Numbered from the stretch's first letter, positions 1 to 10,911 are shown. The stretch: 64,000 nucleotides of DNA from an uncultured virus (IMG/VR IMGVR_UViG_3300031521_000018) (IMGVR_UViG_3300031521_000018:1-64000); one strand, 5' to 3'. Numbers and translations: made by a program. The notes: generated from the sequence alone by a model not told the origin.

Positions 1-744
1 ACCAAATATTCTATTAATATCTGTAGATAACATTCCAGCAGTTACATAGGCATCTCGAAGGAGTTGCACATTTGCTTTTGAATCATTAGTCCATATAGGT
101 GTTTGTATAGATATATTATTAAATGAAAATATACAATCCGATGGAAATATTGTATATTTAAATGGAATGCCATCGACTTGAACATAAATACTATTAAAAC
201 TTTTAACAATAATAGTATTTAAAACCCAACCTTCTCTAAATGCACTAACATCATCTAAAACTGTACAATTAATTAAACTTGATTTACTAGAATAATTACC
301 ATTAACATATTTTTTAAAAAAAGTATAATAACATATTAACTGCTCTACGTTAGGTAAATCCTGCATAAAATGTACTCTTGTTAAAAAAGAGGTATAATTA
401 GGATTAAACATCTGTTTAATAGTATCAACTTTTAAATTAGCTAACCTATTAGTAGAAAATGTATAGTTAGAACTTAGTAATATCTGGTTACTATCATCTC
501 CCATTATAACTAAATAATTAGAAAATAACTCATTAATTACTCCACGAAAAACACAATATCTCATTCCACTTTTTTGTCCAGCTCTGAACATTCCTTTAAA
601 TGGATGTTCTCTTGTACCATCCCCCGAAAAATCATCACCAACATAAGTATGAATAAATACAGTATTAGTATTATCTAATAACTCTCCTTCACCAATAAGG
701 TCATAATTAATAGCATAACGAAGTTTAAATAAATTTGAACTCAT
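1..744 (-). CDS. Partial (runs off window) beta-helix/tailspike-like virion protein
   Basis: Manual translation from ATG 744: MSSNLFKLRYAINYDLIGEGELLDNTNTVFIHTYVGDDFSGDGTREHPFKG. The GDD-x-GDGT-x3-PFK motif resembles the N-cap of right-handed beta-helix (DUF1565-like) proteins. It is in an operon with fibre-like genes. Confidence 0.55.
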   Translation of the reverse strand, partial: MSSNLFKLRYAINYDLIGEGELLDNTNTVFIHTYVGDDFSGDGTREHPFKGMFRAGQKSGMRYCVFRGVINELFSNYLVIMGDDSNQILLSSNYTFSTNRLANLKVDTIKQMFNPNYTSFLTRVHFMQDLPNVEQLICYYTFFKKYVNGNYSSKSSLINCTVLDDVSAFREGWVLNTIIVKSFNSIYVQVDGIPFKYTIFPSDCIFSFNNISIQTPIWTNDSKANVQLLRDAYVTAGMLSTDINRIFG

Positions 745-887
745 AGTAATTTATTTAAAGGTAATTGATTTAATACTTTCTCAAATTCTTGTGCATATTG
801 AATAGTTTTAAATGGAAATTCAAGAGTCCCATTTTCAATAGTTTCAGTAGATTTTGGATTTATAAAAAATATATTAGTTATTTCCAT
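741..887 (-). CDS. 48-aa mini-protein made of a beta-helix N-cap-like motif
   Basis: MEITNIFFINPKSTETIENGTLEFPFKTIQYAQEFEKVLNQLPLNKLL*. Its TGA overlaps the next ATG (ATGA at 744-741). It is below the ORF-track cutoff. Confidence 0.55.
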   Translation of the reverse strand: MEITNIFFINPKSTETIENGTLEFPFKTIQYAQEFEKVLNQLPLNKLL

Positions 888-889
888 AA

Positions 890-1147
890 TTATTTAATTT
901 TTAAGTAGAAGTCAGAACAAGCCCAATTACTTTGATCTCTATAAATATATTCAGGTTGTACCTGAATAGTAAATTCTCCAACAACTACAGTATAACTTTG
1001 TGGTCGATTAAATCTATCCAAGTAATCAGGAACTAACTTATCATTAATAAGAATATTTACATTCTGATTATACCAGGCTTGAAATTCAGTTGTTTGTTTT
1101 GAAAGGTTTTGATTTTCATCAAATTCTACAATATCATTTATTTTCAT
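890..1147 (-). CDS. Hypothetical protein (fibre operon)
   Basis: 85-aa ORF tightly packed between co-oriented genes. Confidence 0.6.
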   Translation of the reverse strand: MKINDIVEFDENQNLSKQTTEFQAWYNQNVNILINDKLVPDYLDRFNRPQSYTVVVGEFTIQVQPEYIYRDQSNWACSDFYLKIK

Positions 1148-1153
1148 ATTATA

Positions 1154-3589
1154 TTATGTTAGAATAATTACTGCATTAGCATTATTTAGACCTGCTTTAA
1201 TAAGAACATCATTAATTATTAGTTCTTGTCCAGCAAGTAGAATTATACCTATAATTGTAGTTTGGTTATAAGTAGTAGTTCCTATTGTTACAGAAATTCC
1301 ATTACAGTTAGAAGCTAAATTTATTTCTGTAATAGTTCTATCTTTAGTATTAGGATATAATTGTGGAAGTATCATTCCATTAGCTCCATTTTTACTTACT
1401 GCAATTTTTATAGATGAATCTCCACTACTTGGAGGAATGGCAGCAATAGCATCATTTACATATACCTTAGTAGCATATTCACTAAGTGCTAAATTAGGTA
1501 TTTGTGTAAAATATTTAAACCAAATAATTTCTGAGTTTCCATTATAACTTTGGTCATTTATTGTAATAATATTATCTACTAATGATATAATAGGAATTGA
1601 TTGAAATACCCCATCGTTTGGAAAGTGTATATTTAAAATACCTTCTTTAGAAATAGGTGGATAACTTAATCTCATCACTGCATCCACACCTGGAGTTCCA
1701 GACACATAGGTAGCTAACTCATCAATAATCATAGTATCTTGTCTACCCATTAATTGACCATATTCAAATACAGCTTTGGCAGAAGCATATTGTAAATCAG
1801 TGGAGGTTGAAGATACTACAATAGCTTTATTAGATACATCTTCCTTAGCAGAGTCGTGGTGTATAGTTCCAATTTTTTCAAATGCTACTGTGCTTGGGTC
1901 AAATCCATCATATATATTTTCATAAGCCCCATCTCCTTCAACACGTACTGTGTTTAAAGTTATACCAAGAACTACCAATTTTACCAAATTATAAGAGCCT
2001 ATTTTTACAATTTTTGAATATACTCCATTTGAGTAATCTTCCTGTTCTGAAAGTAAAAACAAATCACCATCACTTAAATCATCTATAATCGTACTAGTTG
2101 CACGAAATGTATTATTTGTTGATGGTACGAGAGTAATGTTTTCTTTTAAAATTGCTTTTACAGATATATCTGAGTAATTAGGAATTTCAGGTATATCTAC
2201 AACAGTTGAATCAATAGTCCATGTACCTTGAGTATAAATAGCAAAAACTGTATTGCCTGCGGGAATTAATATACCATTAAACGTTATAGGATTTGATGTT
2301 ATAGATATAATAAAAGTTACCGATTTTGCAGTATCACCCAATGACGGAAAAATTACACTTGTACCATCTACATCAGCACTTATTTTAAAATTTTCGGCTG
2401 TACTTACATTAACTGTATAATTTAAATGACCTAAAATAAGTTTTATTTCCTCGGCTTCTACAGGAATTATTGCGGGTTGTGCAGTACCATAAATTGTAAA
2501 TTCTGGCTTTGGGTCATTGGGTGCTGAAACGTTTACAGTACGATAATAAATTTTATCCATTGTATCAACCCTTTGCTTAACATTAGGTGCTACAAATTGT
2601 CCTATATAAGTTCCACCCAAGCTTCCAATATTTCGGTAATTTCCCGAATTCAAGAATGTATCAAAGAAAGCTAATGTGTTTGCTGTTATAGTATCAGTAC
2701 CCCCAATTTCAAACAATTTACTACCATTCCACATATAATTTTTGGAGTTATATATGTAAATAACACCCGATAATGGGATAATTCCTATTGGAGGATTTCC
2801 ATTAACATGGACTCCAAATTGAAATTGTCCACCACCTAGTTGAGCCTGATAAATTAAGTTTGTGGTAGAATCATAGTAAAAATGATTTGTACTTGAGTAT
2901 GTTAAATGTGGCTGATCTGTTATAGATTCAAGTGTTACCTTACCAACTTTGTTTGACAGATTTACTAATAGTTCATTTATAGAGCCAACAACAAGCTTAG
3001 AAACAGTGTTTAATGTTTCATCTATTTTGTCTTGTTTATCAGACATGTTTGCAACACTATTTTCTATAGATGTAAATTTGGATAGGTATGTTATTATGGT
3101 GTCACCTGATAGATTTCCACTTTTATATATTTTTTTAGTTTCAGAATTATAAATTACATTTCCACCCTCTGTTGATAAAAGTATAGTTTCTATTACGTTT
3201 TTACTAGTTATAGGTGTATAAGCAGTTGGAACATCAAATTGAGTACCCGAAGCAGAATTTATAAAATGTATAGTAAGAAAAACACTTCTCCCGAACTTAT
3301 TATAAGATATAAATTCAGAGCCTTGTATAATAGTTGAGTTTTTAACGGAATCATCAATTATTATTCTACCATCTCGTCCTGGCTTTCCTATATTATTGGT
3401 TGATACATCGCCTTTGCTTATTCGTTGTTCTATTTTTTTGGTAATAAAATCAACGAAATTAATGTCAGCTATTTGAGATAACGATGAAAAATTTGTATTT
3501 ATTATCTCAATAGCCTGTTCAAGTGTGGCATTTTGAGGCATTTCAACAATATCAATATGGTCTATTCCATTTAAATCGTATTGTGTCAT
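1154..3589 (-). CDS. Putative tail fibre / modular virion protein
   Basis: 811 aa, Thr/Ser/Gly/Asn-rich and modular. It has fibre-like segments (DKQDKIDETLNT..LVVGSINEL; KEDVSNK..QYASAKAV; YATKVYVNDAIA) and a short GKPGRDG. Confidence 0.55.
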   Translation of the reverse strand: MTQYDLNGIDHIDIVEMPQNATLEQAIEIINTNFSSLSQIADINFVDFITKKIEQRISKGDVSTNNIGKPGRDGRIIIDDSVKNSTIIQGSEFISYNKFGRSVFLTIHFINSASGTQFDVPTAYTPITSKNVIETILLSTEGGNVIYNSETKKIYKSGNLSGDTIITYLSKFTSIENSVANMSDKQDKIDETLNTVSKLVVGSINELLVNLSNKVGKVTLESITDQPHLTYSSTNHFYYDSTTNLIYQAQLGGGQFQFGVHVNGNPPIGIIPLSGVIYIYNSKNYMWNGSKLFEIGGTDTITANTLAFFDTFLNSGNYRNIGSLGGTYIGQFVAPNVKQRVDTMDKIYYRTVNVSAPNDPKPEFTIYGTAQPAIIPVEAEEIKLILGHLNYTVNVSTAENFKISADVDGTSVIFPSLGDTAKSVTFIISITSNPITFNGILIPAGNTVFAIYTQGTWTIDSTVVDIPEIPNYSDISVKAILKENITLVPSTNNTFRATSTIIDDLSDGDLFLLSEQEDYSNGVYSKIVKIGSYNLVKLVVLGITLNTVRVEGDGAYENIYDGFDPSTVAFEKIGTIHHDSAKEDVSNKAIVVSSTSTDLQYASAKAVFEYGQLMGRQDTMIIDELATYVSGTPGVDAVMRLSYPPISKEGILNIHFPNDGVFQSIPIISLVDNIITINDQSYNGNSEIIWFKYFTQIPNLALSEYATKVYVNDAIAAIPPSSGDSSIKIAVSKNGANGMILPQLYPNTKDRTITEINLASNCNGISVTIGTTTYNQTTIIGIILLAGQELIINDVLIKAGLNNANAVIILT

Positions 3590-3602
3590 ATTAATAATTA
3601 AT

Positions 3603-6600
3603 TTATAATAATGTTAAACTATACACCAAACTCAATGATTGGTCTGTGTATTTATTTAGTATTATTTCCGAATATCCATTTCCGAAGTCTGTTTTTACAG
3701 AATAATCTGTAATTTGTTTGTAATTTGTTTTAGTTAAGTATGATTCAGTTACTTGACTTATATTTACATTGCTTAAACTATCATTCCTTGTGTAAATTTT
3801 TATCAAATTTATAGAATATAATTTAAATATTTTATCAATAATCAATCCAATAAATTTTTCAAAGTCTGAATTTATTATTGAATATTTGAATATTTGGTCT
3901 TTAATTGTGTCATACATTATATCTTTTAACAACATTTTGTAATTTATACGTATGTTTAATTGATTATTAGCTGAATCTTTGGTATAGTACAATGCCGATT
4001 TATCTATTAAATTTGTCTGTGATGAAACACTTTTAAATGATGAAGAAAATATATTAAACGGCAATTTTATATTTACAGAATTTAAAAACGTTTTTAAAAA
4101 ATCAAATTCCTGTGAACTTGAAATATTAACAAATTTGGATGTATATTGGTTGTCGTAAAGTGTATATTGGTTATCAAATATATTTTTGAATATGTCTATT
4201 TTGAATCTGTCTATGGAATTGTTTAACTCATATTTTTGATTATTTTTGATATTGTATCCATACAGAACATAAGGAAGGTATTTGTCGATTTCAAGGTTGG
4301 ATTCTAGCAAAGTTTGTGAATTACCAATCCTGCTAATATCATTAGAATAAACCGTTGGCTCAAGAATAATCTTGGAATCCAATTTTAATTTTGATTCCTC
4401 TATAGTTTCGCTAGCTATTTTTGTTTTGAAATTTATAACATCAAAAGTTTCGGGGTAATATTCACCCGATAACCTTACAAAATCATATTTATTTTGCTCT
4501 AATTTGTTAGATTTGGTATTGTAAGTTACAGGTAAGTTAAGCTTTGTATGTTGAATCATAAGCAGCTTATTTCCGTCATTAATTACCGAATTATTGATAT
4601 AGCTTTTATTTTCTTGTATTAATCTAAAAAACGATGATGCTGTTAACAGTTGCTGTAATTTTAAATAAATGTCCTGACCACCGCCTATAATCAAGATATA
4701 AGCCAAATCTGTAATATATTGATTATCCATTCCAAACACCACACCTGTACCCTTGGCATATGAATTAACAAATTCTGATAGCTGATATTTATAATCCTCT
4801 AACCTTGTTATTATATATTCCAAATTGTTTATGTGTATATCATTCATAGTCATCATATTCTCAAGTACTGATCTTGCTATTGGTGCTATATATTGTTTAC
4901 TTTCATCTATTAATATTGATAAGTCTTGTGTTGACTGTAAGATGTTTCTAAGGTACAGTGGGTCTGTTTTTAATTTCAAAGCTAATTCTTGTTCATCAAA
5001 GTTAAAAATAGACCTTAATTTATACCCAAATGTTTTTGTCACAGCCACATTATCAATGAATATATTGTATGGTAATGTTGATAAGTCAAACGGTTGACCA
5101 TAAGCTTTGTTTGTCTGATCATTTATTATATTATTACCAACAACTGAAACCAAAGACCGCATCATGTACATATAAACATAATCGGGTCTTTGGTTACCAT
5201 TCTTATCTATAATTTTGTAGTCATTGATTTCAATATTTATACACATACATATTGATTTGTATGTGTGATTGGTGGATATATCAACGTCAAGAAGTCCATT
5301 ACCAACAGATTTTTTTACGTTTAATATAACAGCAAATTTATAATCTGAGTAATCAATACCATCTGAAACAATCCTATATTTTATGCCGTTAAAAAACACA
5401 TCATATTGATTATCATATGTTTTATTAAAAGTCGACCATCTTTGTTGATAATTAACATCATACATTACATCATCAATATTGGCGGAATATACAGTGAAAT
5501 ATCTAGTGAAATAGTCAACAGTATTTACCTTGTGTAGTTCTGATTCAAAATATTTGTCGAAATAGTATTTGTTATTCTTTATATCATCAGGCAAAATTAA
5601 TTCAGGATATGATGAAAGATAAAACCACTCATTTGTAAAATATTCCTGATTTGGTGCGAACATATCTATTGCAGGACATTGATTTGTTTCACCAAATGCG
5701 GGTGATATATTAAGCCTATAATTATCGCCTCTTACATCCTTTTCTTTCATAGACCATCTATTTATAATAAAAGGTAATAATTTGCTATCCTCATATATTT
5801 TATTAACGTCTTCTTTCATTCGTTTGTATTCGTTTATATAATCGTATGAAAGAATATACTTTATTTTATCCTCTTGAACAACAACAGTTTGTATAAAATT
5901 TTGTGCACGTTTAACGTAATAATCGTCATACGAACCACCATTGACTACATCATATGGTATCCATTGATTTGTTGATTCATTAATTACATCATCAGCCAAA
6001 GTAAGAGTCCTAACAACATAGGGAACGGATGTAGCATCCTTATAAACATTGAGTTGGTATGAAAACTTAGTTGAATCGTTATTAAGACCATAAAACCCCG
6101 AAAAATTATAAATTTCAGAATCATTATAATATTTCTTATTAACTATAATTGGAATACCATCTACAACAGAAAAATGTGATTCCTCGGCTGTGAATTCAAC
6201 AAATATTCCTGATGTACTTGTATCGGCTTGATACACAATACCGTTATGATTTATGCTAGTTGGAAGTGTATTATATGAGAATAGGTAATATGTTTCTCCA
6301 ATAACAAGTTGACCATCAACAACATTAAAGTATTTGTTATATTCATTCAAATGTGGATTTTTATACTGTTCCTCAAAATCAGTAAAAAATGATTTTATTG
6401 GTAACATATCAAAAGCACACCTTTTGAAAATTTTATCTTTATATAAGTACACCTTATTTTTTTGTGTAAACAGAACTTCATCTGATGTATTACTTACCGT
6501 AACTGATATGTAATTATCCAATTCAAGGAAATTTATAATTTCATTATCATCAGATGAATTAACAAAATCCAAATCAAGGAAATTTGAAAAATTTTTTATC

Positions 6601-8270
6601 CTTGATAATTGACCTGACATAGTTTGTATATAAGATGATTTATCAAACAGAGATTTATCTGATTTGCTTATTAAGAACCTATGATTTTTAGACTTTGCTA
6701 TTCCTGTAAAATGAGAATTCTCTATATATATTGAATTTTCACCAAATTGACATGAATATTTAAGCTCTAAATCAATATCGGGAGAAAAAGTTAAATAGAA
6801 GTAAATCTTATTACTATTCCAAAAATATTTAACGTTGCTTATACCAATGTTATTTAAAACGTTATTTAATGTTTTACACATTCTTTTAGCAACCTCAGAA
6901 ATAGAGCCTATCGGGTTGTAATAATTGTATATAGAACCATATTTAATCCAATTTTCATACAAATAATCACCCTGAGATAAATTATCAAGTTCATCACCAA
7001 TTATGCTTGCTATATATTCACCATTTTTGAATATTTGTAATTCGTCACTAGATTTCAATTTATCTATAACTTCTAAACAAATTGAACTAACTCCATTCGA
7101 ATTTACTCTTTTTGATTGTATTGTGCTTATAAGTACAGGTGAACTATCAATTACAGTCTTTGGTTCTTTGGTATCGTTATCAATTATATGTAGTTCTTTG
7201 GTATAAACATCTCTTACATAATGTAATATATCCATTTCCTCTAAAACAGGCATTTTAATATTATCCTCAGATAATTCATTTACATAAAGACCAAAATATC
7301 TATTAAATTGATAATCATTAGATGTATTATCATCAAACAAAAATTCAAAATTTATAAGATTTGACAAACATATACCATTTCGCATAAATCCATCAGTTAC
7401 AAATCTATCAAATTTTGAAACCTCCATTTCTTTTTCCAACAGGTTTTCAAAGTTTTCTTCTACAGTTATTATTTCGCCTTTATCCTTAGAAATTCCTGTA
7501 TAATACAACCTTTTATCATTAAAGTCAACCCTTAATGGTGCTTCTGAAAATTTTGAATTGGATGTAAGTTTAGATAGATATGTTGAAATTGAAGAACCTT
7601 GAAAGTCAAATACCTTTACAATGTTTGACTTTTTAATGTATGAAGAAAATATATCCTGATTGATATCAATAACAGGTTCTATGTAATTTAGTACCTTGAC
7701 ATTTTTGGACTTACTTACAACATAGCTTTCCGATGTAGCCACAAAAATGTCTGAATGTTTATAGGTTATTCCGTTGGAAATTATATTATCATCCGATGTA
7801 GTAGACTGTATGATATATTTGTTACCTATAATTAGTGAACTTTGATTTATTTTTTCATCACCAATACCATCAACTTTGAATACAACAAGATATTTAGGTA
7901 ATATTTTCCCTATAAGTAATGGTGCAAATATCTTTAATTGCTCAGTATGTAATTTTGATGTACAATTATCAGTTCCGTATGAGTACAGCATATGAAACTG
8001 CTCAAGCAAATTTGTTTTTTGTGAATTTACATCATTTTCCTGAACATTATAAAATATATCATTTGGTATAGACTTGTATTTGTTGTATATATCATTAACA
8101 AATTCACCATCTTTATCTATAACAGGATTACTAATGATAGATGATTTCAATGTTTGATTTGCGGGTATTAATTCCAAGAATAATTTATCGGAAGAATCAA
8201 CAACAAGTTTTATGTTTCCTGTTAACCTAGCATTGGAACTCAACAGTAGCGATGATTTATTATCAAGCAT
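3603..8270 (-). CDS. Large virion structural protein (baseplate-associated, unknown family)
   Basis: 1555-aa ORF preceded by a TAAATAA late-type motif; heads the fibre operon; no catalytic motifs seen. Confidence 0.5.
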   Translation of the reverse strand: MLDNKSSLLLSSNARLTGNIKLVVDSSDKLFLELIPANQTLKSSIISNPVIDKDGEFVNDIYNKYKSIPNDIFYNVQENDVNSQKTNLLEQFHMLYSYGTDNCTSKLHTEQLKIFAPLLIGKILPKYLVVFKVDGIGDEKINQSSLIIGNKYIIQSTTSDDNIISNGITYKHSDIFVATSESYVVSKSKNVKVLNYIEPVIDINQDIFSSYIKKSNIVKVFDFQGSSISTYLSKLTSNSKFSEAPLRVDFNDKRLYYTGISKDKGEIITVEENFENLLEKEMEVSKFDRFVTDGFMRNGICLSNLINFEFLFDDNTSNDYQFNRYFGLYVNELSEDNIKMPVLEEMDILHYVRDVYTKELHIIDNDTKEPKTVIDSSPVLISTIQSKRVNSNGVSSICLEVIDKLKSSDELQIFKNGEYIASIIGDELDNLSQGDYLYENWIKYGSIYNYYNPIGSISEVAKRMCKTLNNVLNNIGISNVKYFWNSNKIYFYLTFSPDIDLELKYSCQFGENSIYIENSHFTGIAKSKNHRFLISKSDKSLFDKSSYIQTMSGQLSRIKNFSNFLDLDFVNSSDDNEIINFLELDNYISVTVSNTSDEVLFTQKNKVYLYKDKIFKRCAFDMLPIKSFFTDFEEQYKNPHLNEYNKYFNVVDGQLVIGETYYLFSYNTLPTSINHNGIVYQADTSTSGIFVEFTAEESHFSVVDGIPIIVNKKYYNDSEIYNFSGFYGLNNDSTKFSYQLNVYKDATSVPYVVRTLTLADDVINESTNQWIPYDVVNGGSYDDYYVKRAQNFIQTVVVQEDKIKYILSYDYINEYKRMKEDVNKIYEDSKLLPFIINRWSMKEKDVRGDNYRLNISPAFGETNQCPAIDMFAPNQEYFTNEWFYLSSYPELILPDDIKNNKYYFDKYFESELHKVNTVDYFTRYFTVYSANIDDVMYDVNYQQRWSTFNKTYDNQYDVFFNGIKYRIVSDGIDYSDYKFAVILNVKKSVGNGLLDVDISTNHTYKSICMCINIEINDYKIIDKNGNQRPDYVYMYMMRSLVSVVGNNIINDQTNKAYGQPFDLSTLPYNIFIDNVAVTKTFGYKLRSIFNFDEQELALKLKTDPLYLRNILQSTQDLSILIDESKQYIAPIARSVLENMMTMNDIHINNLEYIITRLEDYKYQLSEFVNSYAKGTGVVFGMDNQYITDLAYILIIGGGQDIYLKLQQLLTASSFFRLIQENKSYINNSVINDGNKLLMIQHTKLNLPVTYNTKSNKLEQNKYDFVRLSGEYYPETFDVINFKTKIASETIEESKLKLDSKIILEPTVYSNDISRIGNSQTLLESNLEIDKYLPYVLYGYNIKNNQKYELNNSIDRFKIDIFKNIFDNQYTLYDNQYTSKFVNISSSQEFDFLKTFLNSVNIKLPFNIFSSSFKSVSSQTNLIDKSALYYTKDSANNQLNIRINYKMLLKDIMYDTIKDQIFKYSIINSDFEKFIGLIIDKIFKLYSINLIKIYTRNDSLSNVNISQVTESYLTKTNYKQITDYSVKTDFGNGYSEIILNKYTDQSLSLVYSLTLL

Positions 8271-8295
8271 ATTTATTTTTGATTATTTAAAAGTC

Positions 8296-8332
8296 AAAGA
8301 CCATATACTTTTGGTTATAGTATACGGTCTTT
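8296..8332 (-). terminator. Intrinsic terminator after the ligase gene
   Basis: Minus strand AAAGACCGTATACT-loop-AGTATATGGTCTTT followed by GACTTTT. Confidence 0.6.
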
Positions 8333-8351
8333 TAATCTTTTAAATCGATTC

Positions 8352-10451
8352 TTAGAACAAAGATGTTTTATCGTTTTCTGTATTAATTATATTTTCTGCA
8401 GTAGGTTCAGTAGCTGTAATCCCCAACATTGTGTTGAGTTCCTGTTCATCTATTATTTTTATTCCCGCTTTTTCGGATTTAGTTACTTTTGTTGTAATAA
8501 CCAATTTATCTTTAACAACTAATGTAGTTATATCAAGCGAAAATGAATTCTTTATTTTGCCACCTCTTGAAACTATTAATTTTTCAGCTTCTACACTTCT
8601 AAAACCCGTAAAACAGAATTTTTGACCCATTAGTTCATCAGATATATCCCCTGTTTCAGACGAGGTATCTTCCTTTGATTCATTAATGTCATAAATATTC
8701 GCATACCATAAAACAAAAGGAATAATACCTTTGACAAAGATTAAAGCTGTTTTTTCAGCATATCCACCAACGTTTTTAATTTCATCAAGTGTTAAATTTC
8801 TCAATTTCTCAATATTGTTGAACGTGATGCCATATTTCTCAAGTACCCAAGATATTTTAGTTTCGGCAAGATTTGGAAATAAGTTGGTTGCCGACATAAG
8901 TAATGCCAAAGATGCATTATTGAATGCATTGTGAATTGATGAATATGTAATTTCTGCTTTCCTTTCACCGAAATTTTCAAACTTATTGAATTCAGATTCA
9001 GGTGTGCGAAGTATGGTGGTGATAAAATCAAGGTAATATTGGCTGTATTTATAAATTTCAACTTGAAATTGCCTTATTAATTTTTCCCCAATATTTTTAG
9101 CTTTAATTTGGGTAAAAAAGAATTCAACACGTTTGTGGAATATTTCAGGACAATTTTCGTTGCTACATCTCATTGTAACCTCATTTTCATTATAATTTAT
9201 GTGTGTATCACAATAAGGACATTTACTAGGTAATATATCCGCTATAAGCATAGATTCATAAGAATCAAATACCTCATTGCTCTGATATGTAAGGACTTTA
9301 TAAACCCTCGGTATTATTTGACCACCTCTTTTAATAATAATATCAGCACCAACAGAGATTTTGCTTTTACGAATGAAATCAATGGTATCAACAAAGATAT
9401 TCTTACCACATTCAGCACCATCAAGCATAACCAAATCTGTACTTATGCATGGGTTAAATTGTCCATCTTTATCAATAGGAAATTGTATTGAACGTATTTT
9501 TACTGTTGCTCTGTCACCGAATGTATCCTCATTCTTATAGGCAACAGTAAATTTAGGATTACCTTTAGTATCATATCCAAGCTGATTTCTTATTTCGGCA
9601 TCATCTATATCAATTACCAGTCCATCAATTACGAAAATTTCAGACCATTGCTTATAAAGTTCATAAAACCTATCCTCAAGAACTTGCTTATCATAATTTT
9701 CAGAGATAATAATCTCGATATAAGGAACTTTATAAATATGGTTAAATTGTGAATTTAAATAATCAAGTATATGTGTCTTATTTTGTTCTTTAAGTGATTT
9801 ATCATAAACACCATACCTAACATAGTAAATATCTTTAAGCGATTCAGTTGATTCAGAAAGTGGGTTTAATTTACCCGCAACCATATTCCTTACATTTTTA
9901 TATACATCAGAATATTTTGGCTTGAATATGTCGTTTGGCATTATAAATTCACCAATATGATAAAATTCATCAAACACAGCTGAATCGGAAATGATATTTT
10001 TGTTAATATGGGTAAAATGATTGTGTACAGGATAAGCCTCGTTATCCTTCCCTTTAATGGTTACTATTCTATGACCTTGCTCAATTGTATCTTTTTGGTT
10101 ATTATTAAGAATCCCCGACACCCCGTCATATTTTGGTGTTGCTATTAATTTTTTCCCAAGTAGATTGTTTTTGACAATCCATTTCATAAAATCATCCATT
10201 GTGGTAATTTTATTAATGCCTGTCATTGGCAAAAGATTTTCTACTTTTTCACCATTTAACTTAAGGTATTGTACCTTACCATCTATGGAATTTATGTGTT
10301 GACCTGTAATTTCTACATATTTATAGTAAAGTTCATCAAATACTTTATCAGAAATTTCAGGCAAACCCATCCGATATAGATTGTTTAGACGAATTAATTC
10401 ATTCTTAAGACTTGATAAATTTTCAAATTGTTTATCTCCTATTGTTATCAT
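8352..10451 (-). CDS. ligA: NAD-dependent DNA ligase
   Basis: Domain Ia (Y-x5-ISDKVFD), adenylation motif PKYDG, NVRNMVAG, IDGLVI, Zn finger CPYC..CSNENCP, HhH repeats and a C-terminal BRCT (GQKFCFTG..GGKI). Confidence 0.95.
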   Translation of the reverse strand: MITIGDKQFENLSSLKNELIRLNNLYRMGLPEISDKVFDELYYKYVEITGQHINSIDGKVQYLKLNGEKVENLLPMTGINKITTMDDFMKWIVKNNLLGKKLIATPKYDGVSGILNNNQKDTIEQGHRIVTIKGKDNEAYPVHNHFTHINKNIISDSAVFDEFYHIGEFIMPNDIFKPKYSDVYKNVRNMVAGKLNPLSESTESLKDIYYVRYGVYDKSLKEQNKTHILDYLNSQFNHIYKVPYIEIIISENYDKQVLEDRFYELYKQWSEIFVIDGLVIDIDDAEIRNQLGYDTKGNPKFTVAYKNEDTFGDRATVKIRSIQFPIDKDGQFNPCISTDLVMLDGAECGKNIFVDTIDFIRKSKISVGADIIIKRGGQIIPRVYKVLTYQSNEVFDSYESMLIADILPSKCPYCDTHINYNENEVTMRCSNENCPEIFHKRVEFFFTQIKAKNIGEKLIRQFQVEIYKYSQYYLDFITTILRTPESEFNKFENFGERKAEITYSSIHNAFNNASLALLMSATNLFPNLAETKISWVLEKYGITFNNIEKLRNLTLDEIKNVGGYAEKTALIFVKGIIPFVLWYANIYDINESKEDTSSETGDISDELMGQKFCFTGFRSVEAEKLIVSRGGKIKNSFSLDITTLVVKDKLVITTKVTKSEKAGIKIIDEQELNTMLGITATEPTAENIINTENDKTSLF

Positions 10452-10660
10452 AATGATTTATATTTGTGTAAGTTTTTCAAATATTTAATTAAGTAATTTT
10501 TTGAATTTGGATAATTAGTGCAAACAAATTCCTCAATATCTTTTCTATCAAAATCAGCATTATATAAATAATCTATCATATCTGATGGTGCTTCATCTCC
10601 AACATTAGTTTTTCTAAGTAATTCCAATGCTGTGTCTGATAAATCTTGGTGTTTAATCAT
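10448..10660 (-). CDS. Hypothetical protein
   Basis: 70 aa; overlaps the ligase start by 4 nt. Confidence 0.6.
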   Translation of the reverse strand: MIKHQDLSDTALELLRKTNVGDEAPSDMIDYLYNADFDRKDIEEFVCTNYPNSKNYLIKYLKNLHKYKSL

Positions 10661-10703
10661 AATTTTCTATATTTTAAAATTATTAAATCATATATTAATT
10701 CCC

Positions 10704-10719
10704 ACAAAAATCGTGCCAA
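10704..10719 (-). promoter_or_regulatory. Sigma54-like -24/-12 element upstream of the ligase operon
   Basis: Minus strand TTGGCACGATTTTTGT versus consensus TGGCAC-N5-TTGC (one mismatch); intergenic. Confidence 0.35.
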
Positions 10720-10752
10720 GTTTATTATTATATATGTCAATTCGTGTATTTA

Positions 10753-10818
10753 TTAACAAAACTTAACAGGAAAACCAAAATTTTAACATTATTTAACATC
10801 ATGCATGTATATTTGACA
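10753..10818. repeat. Phased TTAACA direct-repeat array
   Basis: TTAACA at 10753, 10763, 10783 and 10793, and TTGACA at 10813, all in exact 10-bp register. Confidence 0.6.
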
Positions 10819-10911
10819 TTATTTTATAAATACAAGGCAGCCAACGTATCATCACGACATGTTGGCTGCGGGGAGAAAAGAAGAAAGAAGGAGCACGAGA
10901 AAATTTTTAGT

